Shown: piece after piece, positions 59,082 through 64,000 of the stretch
Numbering within the stretch: the stretch's first letter is position 1
How the letters are laid out: every line of letters begins with the position of its first letter
NCBI GenBank assembly: GCA_045606105.1
Contig: JAZURI010000001.1
Coordinates: 1 to 64,000 of the forward strand
Source of the DNA: Spirochaetia bacterium
Lineage (GTDB): Bacteria; Spirochaetota; Spirochaetia; CADAEX01
Reading direction: 5' to 3'
Length of the DNA stretch: 64,000 nucleotides
Program-made: the position numbers and the translations under genes
Notes under the pieces: model-generated
Database searches by the model: none
What the model saw: the letters and a program-made list of their open reading frames with translations, nothing else
Told to the model about the DNA's origin: nothing

Positions 59082-59654
59082 ATGAAAGCACTGGAAGAAA
59101 AGATTCTGCGGGAAGGGGTAGTTCTTCCCGGTAATGTTTTAAAGGTAAATTCATTTCTCAATCATAATCTGGATGTGGAATTTCTGGCGGAAATGGGCAG
59201 GGAGATAGCTTCTGTCTATGCCGGTACCCGAATTGACCGTATCCTTACCATAGAGGCATCGGGAATTGCACTGGCGGTTCTCACTGCAACAGAGCTGAAG
59301 GTTCCCGTAACCTTTGCAAAGAAAAACAAGACCAACAATATTTCAGGAAAAGTTTATACAGCACCTATTCATTCCTACACCCACAATATTGATTACACAG
59401 CTGTGGTGACTGCAGATTTTATCAAGACCGGAGAAAATGTACTTCTTATAGATGATTTTCTTGCAAAAGGGGGCGCCCTGAACGGACTTATAAAGATAGC
59501 TGAGCAGGCCGGAGCCAATGTGGTGGGTGCCGCCATAGCCATAGAAAAAGGGTTCCAGGGGGGCGGAGATGCTCTCAGGGCACAGGGTATAAGGGTAGAA
59601 TCCCTTGCAATAATTGAATCCATGAGCGAGAATTCTCTTGAGTTCCGCCATTGA
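59082..59654 (+). CDS. xpt: Xanthine phosphoribosyltransferase
   Basis: LKVNSFLNH, TIEASGI, LIDDFLA, IEKGFQ.G. Confidence 0.93.
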   Translation: MKALEEKILREGVVLPGNVLKVNSFLNHNLDVEFLAEMGREIASVYAGTRIDRILTIEASGIALAVLTATELKVPVTFAKKNKTNNISGKVYTAPIHSYTHNIDYTAVVTADFIKTGENVLLIDDFLAKGGALNGLIKIAEQAGANVVGAAIAIEKGFQGGGDALRAQGIRVESLAIIESMSENSLEFRH

Positions 59655-59675
59655 TATAAAGAAAAGGATGATAAA

Positions 59676-60941
59676 ATGAAAAAGTTTTTAATGTTTTTGA
59701 CAGCTGCAGCCATAATTTTTTCAATGGTATCATGTGGCGGAAAAAAGGCGGAACCGGCTCCTGCAAAGGCAGCTGCAGCCTCAGCTCCTGCAGTGGAAGC
59801 ACAGAAACCGGCAGGAGATGATTACAGCAATATCAAGATCGGATTTATTTTCCTCCACGATCCTGCATCATCAACCTATGACAACAACTTCTACCAGGCA
59901 GCCCTGGAGGTTCAGAAAAAGCTCGGTCTTTCAAATGACCAGGTTATTTTCAAGTGGAATATCGAAGAGGGCTCCATCTGCTACGATACAGCATGTGATA
60001 TGGCCGACTCAGGATGTAATATTGTATTTGCCGACAGCTTCGGTCACGAAACCTACATGATCCAGGCTGCAAGGGAATATCCAGATGTTCAGTTCTGTCA
60101 TGCCACAGGTACAAAATCCCGTTCCGAGGGAGTTGCAAACTTCCATAACGCCTTTGCTTCCATTTACGAGGGTCGTTATCTGGCAGGTATTGCGGCAGGT
60201 ATGAAAATCAATGAAATGATTGAAAGCGGAAAAATCAAGCCGGAACAGGCTAAGCTGGGTTATGTGGGCGCTTTCCCATATGCAGAGGTTATTTCCGGTT
60301 ATACATCCTTCTTCCTGGGTGCAAGATCCGTATGTCCTACAGCCACAATGGAGGTAACATACACAAACTCATGGTTTGATATTGCCAAGGAAAAGACAGG
60401 TGCCGAAGCTCTTATCAAGAACGGTTGTATCTTTATCAGCCAGCATGCCGACTCAGAGGGTGCACCTAAGGCCTGTGCCGAAAACGGAGTTCCTAATGTA
60501 TCATACAATGTGGATACAATCCATCTCGGACCTGACACAGCCCTTATTTCCTCAAGAATCAACTGGGCTCCTTATTTCGAGCTTATCATCAAGGCCACAG
60601 CAAAGGGCGAAAACTTTGTTACCGATTATATCGGAACCATGGCTACAGGCTCCGTAGAGCTTACAAAGCTTAACGAAAGGGTTGCAGCCAAGGGAACACA
60701 GGAAGCTCTGGACAAGGCAATCAGCGATTTCAAGGCAGGAAAAATCAAGGTATTCGGTACAGACACATTCACCTACAAGGGCGAAAAGCTTACAGAGTAT
60801 ATTGCCGATGTAGTGGATATGGGCGATTTCAAACCTGAAACAAATGTAATCATCAACGGTGAGTTTGTTGAATCGGGAGAGCAGTTCCGTTCAGCACCTT
60901 ACTTTGACATTATGATTGACGGTATCAAGAAATACGAATAA
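59676..60941 (+). CDS. BMP-family ABC substrate-binding lipoprotein (purine/nucleoside)
   Basis: Lipobox MVSC, SFGH, YEGRYLAG.AAG, SQHADS; adjacent to xpt. Confidence 0.88.
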   Translation: MKKFLMFLTAAAIIFSMVSCGGKKAEPAPAKAAAASAPAVEAQKPAGDDYSNIKIGFIFLHDPASSTYDNNFYQAALEVQKKLGLSNDQVIFKWNIEEGSICYDTACDMADSGCNIVFADSFGHETYMIQAAREYPDVQFCHATGTKSRSEGVANFHNAFASIYEGRYLAGIAAGMKINEMIESGKIKPEQAKLGYVGAFPYAEVISGYTSFFLGARSVCPTATMEVTYTNSWFDIAKEKTGAEALIKNGCIFISQHADSEGAPKACAENGVPNVSYNVDTIHLGPDTALISSRINWAPYFELIIKATAKGENFVTDYIGTMATGSVELTKLNERVAAKGTQEALDKAISDFKAGKIKVFGTDTFTYKGEKLTEYIADVVDMGDFKPETNVIINGEFVESGEQFRSAPYFDIMIDGIKKYE

Positions 60942-60952
60942 GGGAGAACAGT

Positions 60953-62488
60953 TTGGCTGTACCTGCAATAGAACTCAGGAACATAACCAAAACCTTTGCC
61001 AGAAAGGTCAATGACAATATTTCATTTACCGTGGAACGGGGTGAGATAGTTGCCCTTCTGGGAGAAAACGGAAGCGGCAAGACCACCCTCATGAACATAA
61101 TTTCCGGAATCTACTATCCCGATTCCGGAGAGATTTTCATAGACGGTAAAAAGGCGGTGATCACATCGCCGAAGGATGCCTTCGGATATAAAATCGGTAT
61201 GATTCATCAGCACTTCAAGCTGGTGGATGTATTTACCGCAGCGGAAAACATTGTGCTGGGGCTGAAGGATTCCGGAAAGTTTGACATGGCCAAGGTCTGT
61301 TCCAGAGTCCGTGAAATCAGTACCAGGTACGGATTTGACATTGATCCCGAAAAGAAGATTTATGAAATGTCGGTATCGGAAAAGCAGGCGGTGGAAATCA
61401 TCAAGGTGATGTACCGCAATGCGGAAATCCTGATACTGGATGAACCTACAGCGGTTCTTACTCCGCAGGAGACCAGAAAGCTTTTCTCCATCCTTAAAAA
61501 GATGAGGGAGGACGGAAAGGCAATCATCATCATTACCCACAAGCTTCATGAGGTAATGGAGCTTTCCAACAGGGTGGTGGTTCTCAGGCGCGGTGAATAT
61601 GCAGGCTTTATCAGAACCTCCGAAACCTCGGAGGCACAGCTTGCCGATATGATGGTAGGTCAGAAGGTAAGGCTGAACATAGAGCGTCCGGAGCCTAAGA
61701 ATGTCCGGAAAAGAATCGAGATAAAGAATCTCAGCTGTCTGGGACCGGAGGGAAACAAGGTTCTGGATGATGTAAGCCTAGATGCCTATTCCGGGGAAAT
61801 TCTCGGTATTGCCGGAATTTCGGGAAGCGGGCAGAAGGAGCTTCTTGAGGCAGTAGTCGGCCTGCAGAAAATAGTCGGCGGAACAATAATGTATACTGAC
61901 CCAAATACAGGAAAGGTCAGCAATCTGGTAAACAAGACACCGCTGCAGATCAGGGCGCTGGGAGTCCGTCTGGCATTTGTTCCTGAGGATCGTCTGGGAA
62001 TGGGACTGGTGGGCAACATGAGCATTACCGATAACATAATGCTCAGAAGCTATACTAAGGGAAACAGCTTTTTCCTGGAAAGAAAGACACCTAAGGATCT
62101 GGCGGAAAAAATCATAAAACAGCTTCAGGTTTCCACACCGGGAGCATCAACTCCGGTCCGCCGTCTTTCGGGCGGTAATGTCCAGAAGGTTCTGGTAGGA
62201 AGGGAAATCGAAGCCACTCCGCCGGTACTCATGGCTGCCTACCCGGTAAGAGGACTGGATATAAATTCTGCATACAATATCTACAAGCTGCTCAACGAAC
62301 AGAAGGAGCAGGGTGTGGCAGTAATATTCGTAGGAGAGGATCTGGATGTTCTTCTTGAGCTCTGCGACAGGATTCTGGTGCTTTCATCAGGCTGTGTGGC
62401 AGGGGTTGTTGACGGTCGTACAGCCTCCAAGGAAGAGATAGGCCTGCTGATGACCAAGGGACAGGGAGGAAAACATGAGACTGCCTGA
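60953..62488 (+). CDS. ABC transporter ATP-binding protein (CUT2/nucleoside type)
   Basis: GENGSGKTT, HQHF.LV, DEPTAVLT, PEDR, LSGGN.QK. Confidence 0.92.
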   Translation: MAVPAIELRNITKTFARKVNDNISFTVERGEIVALLGENGSGKTTLMNIISGIYYPDSGEIFIDGKKAVITSPKDAFGYKIGMIHQHFKLVDVFTAAENIVLGLKDSGKFDMAKVCSRVREISTRYGFDIDPEKKIYEMSVSEKQAVEIIKVMYRNAEILILDEPTAVLTPQETRKLFSILKKMREDGKAIIIITHKLHEVMELSNRVVVLRRGEYAGFIRTSETSEAQLADMMVGQKVRLNIERPEPKNVRKRIEIKNLSCLGPEGNKVLDDVSLDAYSGEILGIAGISGSGQKELLEAVVGLQKIVGGTIMYTDPNTGKVSNLVNKTPLQIRALGVRLAFVPEDRLGMGLVGNMSITDNIMLRSYTKGNSFFLERKTPKDLAEKIIKQLQVSTPGASTPVRRLSGGNVQKVLVGREIEATPPVLMAAYPVRGLDINSAYNIYKLLNEQKEQGVAVIFVGEDLDVLLELCDRILVLSSGCVAGVVDGRTASKEEIGLLMTKGQGGKHETA

Positions 62489-63551
62489 AGTTCATATCAG
62501 CAAACGGAATGCAATACCTATGTACCAGGCCTGGCTCATCAGGGTTGCTGCCATAGTTCTTTCTCTCATAGTCTGCGCCTTTGTGATATATGCCATGACA
62601 AAGCTTAACCCGGCCGAGGTCTACAAGGCCATTTTCGACGGAAGCTTTGCCACCAAGCGCAAGTTCTGGGTTCTGCTCCAGAATACGGCGGTTCTCCTGT
62701 GTATAGCCCTGGCGGTAACACCGGTCTTCAAGATGAAGTTCTGGAATCTCGGTGCGGAAGGACAGGTCCTGGTGGGGGCTCTTGCCAGTGCCGCTCTCAT
62801 GTTCTATGCAAAGGATACACTTCCGGGATGGCTTCTTATAGTACTTATGCTTCTGGCCTCATTGGTTGCCGGCTGTATCTGGGGCGGAGTTCCGGGGTAT
62901 TTCAAGGCCCGTTTCGGAACCAACGAGACCCTTTTTACCCTTATGATGAACTATGTGGCCATACAGTTGGTTTCTTTCAGTATTGCGGTGTGGGTTCCCA
63001 ACGGCTCTGCAGTTTTAGGTATCCTTAACAGAAACACTCAGTGCGGATGGATTCCTCCTATCCTGGGACAGAAATATCTGTTCAATGTACTGGTGGTGGG
63101 GCTTCTTACCATTATCATGTATGTTTATCTGAAGTACAGCAAGCAGGGATACGAAATCTCCGTTGTGGGGGAAAGCGAGAATACTGCCCGATATATCGGT
63201 ATAGATGTAAAGAATGTCATCATCAGGACCTCATGTCTCAGCGGTACCTTGGCCGGTCTGGCAGGATTTATCCTTATGGCAGGGACAAACCATACAGTTT
63301 CCGCTACCATGGCCGGAGGAAACGGCTTTACCGCAGTTCTGGTATCCTGGCTGGCAAAGTTCAATCCCGTCATGATGATATTCACCTCCATGCTTATAGT
63401 TTTCATGCAGCGTGGAAGCGGTGAAATTGCCCAGGTATTCAGGCTCAGCAGCCATATTTCCAGTATAGCCACGGGAATTATCCTGTTTTTCATCATAGGA
63501 AGTGAATTCTTTATAAATTACCGTATTGTTGTGAAAGGAGCTGACAAATGA
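62475..63551 (+). CDS. ABC transporter permease
   Basis: FWNLGAEGQ, NETLFTLMMNY, G.GFTA; multiple TM segments. Confidence 0.9.
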   Translation: MRLPEVHISKRNAIPMYQAWLIRVAAIVLSLIVCAFVIYAMTKLNPAEVYKAIFDGSFATKRKFWVLLQNTAVLLCIALAVTPVFKMKFWNLGAEGQVLVGALASAALMFYAKDTLPGWLLIVLMLLASLVAGCIWGGVPGYFKARFGTNETLFTLMMNYVAIQLVSFSIAVWVPNGSAVLGILNRNTQCGWIPPILGQKYLFNVLVVGLLTIIMYVYLKYSKQGYEISVVGESENTARYIGIDVKNVIIRTSCLSGTLAGLAGFILMAGTNHTVSATMAGGNGFTAVLVSWLAKFNPVMMIFTSMLIVFMQRGSGEIAQVFRLSSHISSIATGIILFFIIGSEFFINYRIVVKGADK

Positions 63552-64000
63552 TAGAAACCATCGGCTTTTTCATTTTTTCTTCCATAAGGCAGGGTGTTCC
63601 TCTTCTGTTCGGTGCCACAGGGGAAATCATTTCCGAAAAGGGCGGCCAGCTTAATCTCGGTATTCCGGGCATCATGTACATGGGCGGTATTTCAGGCATT
63701 ATAGGGGGGTATCTCTACGAGCATTACTGTGCCGATCCGGTACCTCTTCTCTGTATACTTATTCCGTTGGTCTTTACTCTGGTGGGCAGCTGTCTCATGA
63801 CTCTGATCTACAGCTTTCTTACAATCACCCTCCGGGCAAACCAGAATGTAACAGGCCTGGCACTCACCACATTCGGTGTAGGTGTAGGAAACTTCTTCGG
63901 AGGCTCTCTTCTCAGCTTTTTCGGTGAATCGGGTTCCATTTCTCTCATTACCACAGGACAATGGTATCAGGCGCATCTTCCGATAGCAGACAAGCTGGGC
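63548..64000 (+). CDS. ABC transporter permease 2 (partial, runs off window)
   Basis: ATG 63548 overlaps the previous stop; PLLFGATGEIISEKGGQLNLG, ANQNVTGLA. Confidence 0.88.
   Translation, partial: MIETIGFFIFSSIRQGVPLLFGATGEIISEKGGQLNLGIPGIMYMGGISGIIGGYLYEHYCADPVPLLCILIPLVFTLVGSCLMTLIYSFLTITLRANQNVTGLALTTFGVGVGNFFGGSLLSFFGESGSISLITTGQWYQAHLPIADKLG

Noticed and set aside
1-64000. CRISPR array, rRNA, intact transposase, integrase or reverse transcriptase
   Set aside because: No regularly spaced repeat-spacer run and no such ORF or RNA recognised by eye.

Overview
Bacterial chromosomal window, probably from an anaerobic spirochaete (inferred from flgM, a Borrelia-type bS22 small ORF, an SH3-type lipoprotein and a ThrRS-N/uridine kinase fusion). 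Positions 1-~9,000 are an AT-rich, minus-strand, tightly packed defence operon that runs off the left edge: Cro/C1 HTH, PLD-SNF2 helicase, large N6-adenine MTase with TRD, HEPN RNase, then a Cap4/LmuA-like nuclease. The HEPN gene sits between two 38-bp direct repeats. Each repeat encodes the MTase C-terminal tail (IA[I/V]VEGR*) plus the RBS and start codon of the next gene, which suggests a modular cassette slot. The rest is mostly housekeeping: fluC, rmuC, aconitase, ttcA, putP, slyD, rsmI, flgM, fabF, tRNA-Cys, a vor-type oxidoreductase, serS, uppP, xpt and a BMP-type ABC transporter. Notable items there are a yybP-ykoY-type riboswitch before an orphan Na+-decarboxylase beta subunit, a lone AT-rich UPF1-like helicase-nuclease, an alarmone synthetase-hydrolase-STAS operon, a SlyD with a Cys/Asp-rich His-free tail, and three tandem regulator/acyl-CoA ligase modules after vor. 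All calls come from reading motifs by eye; no database searches were run.
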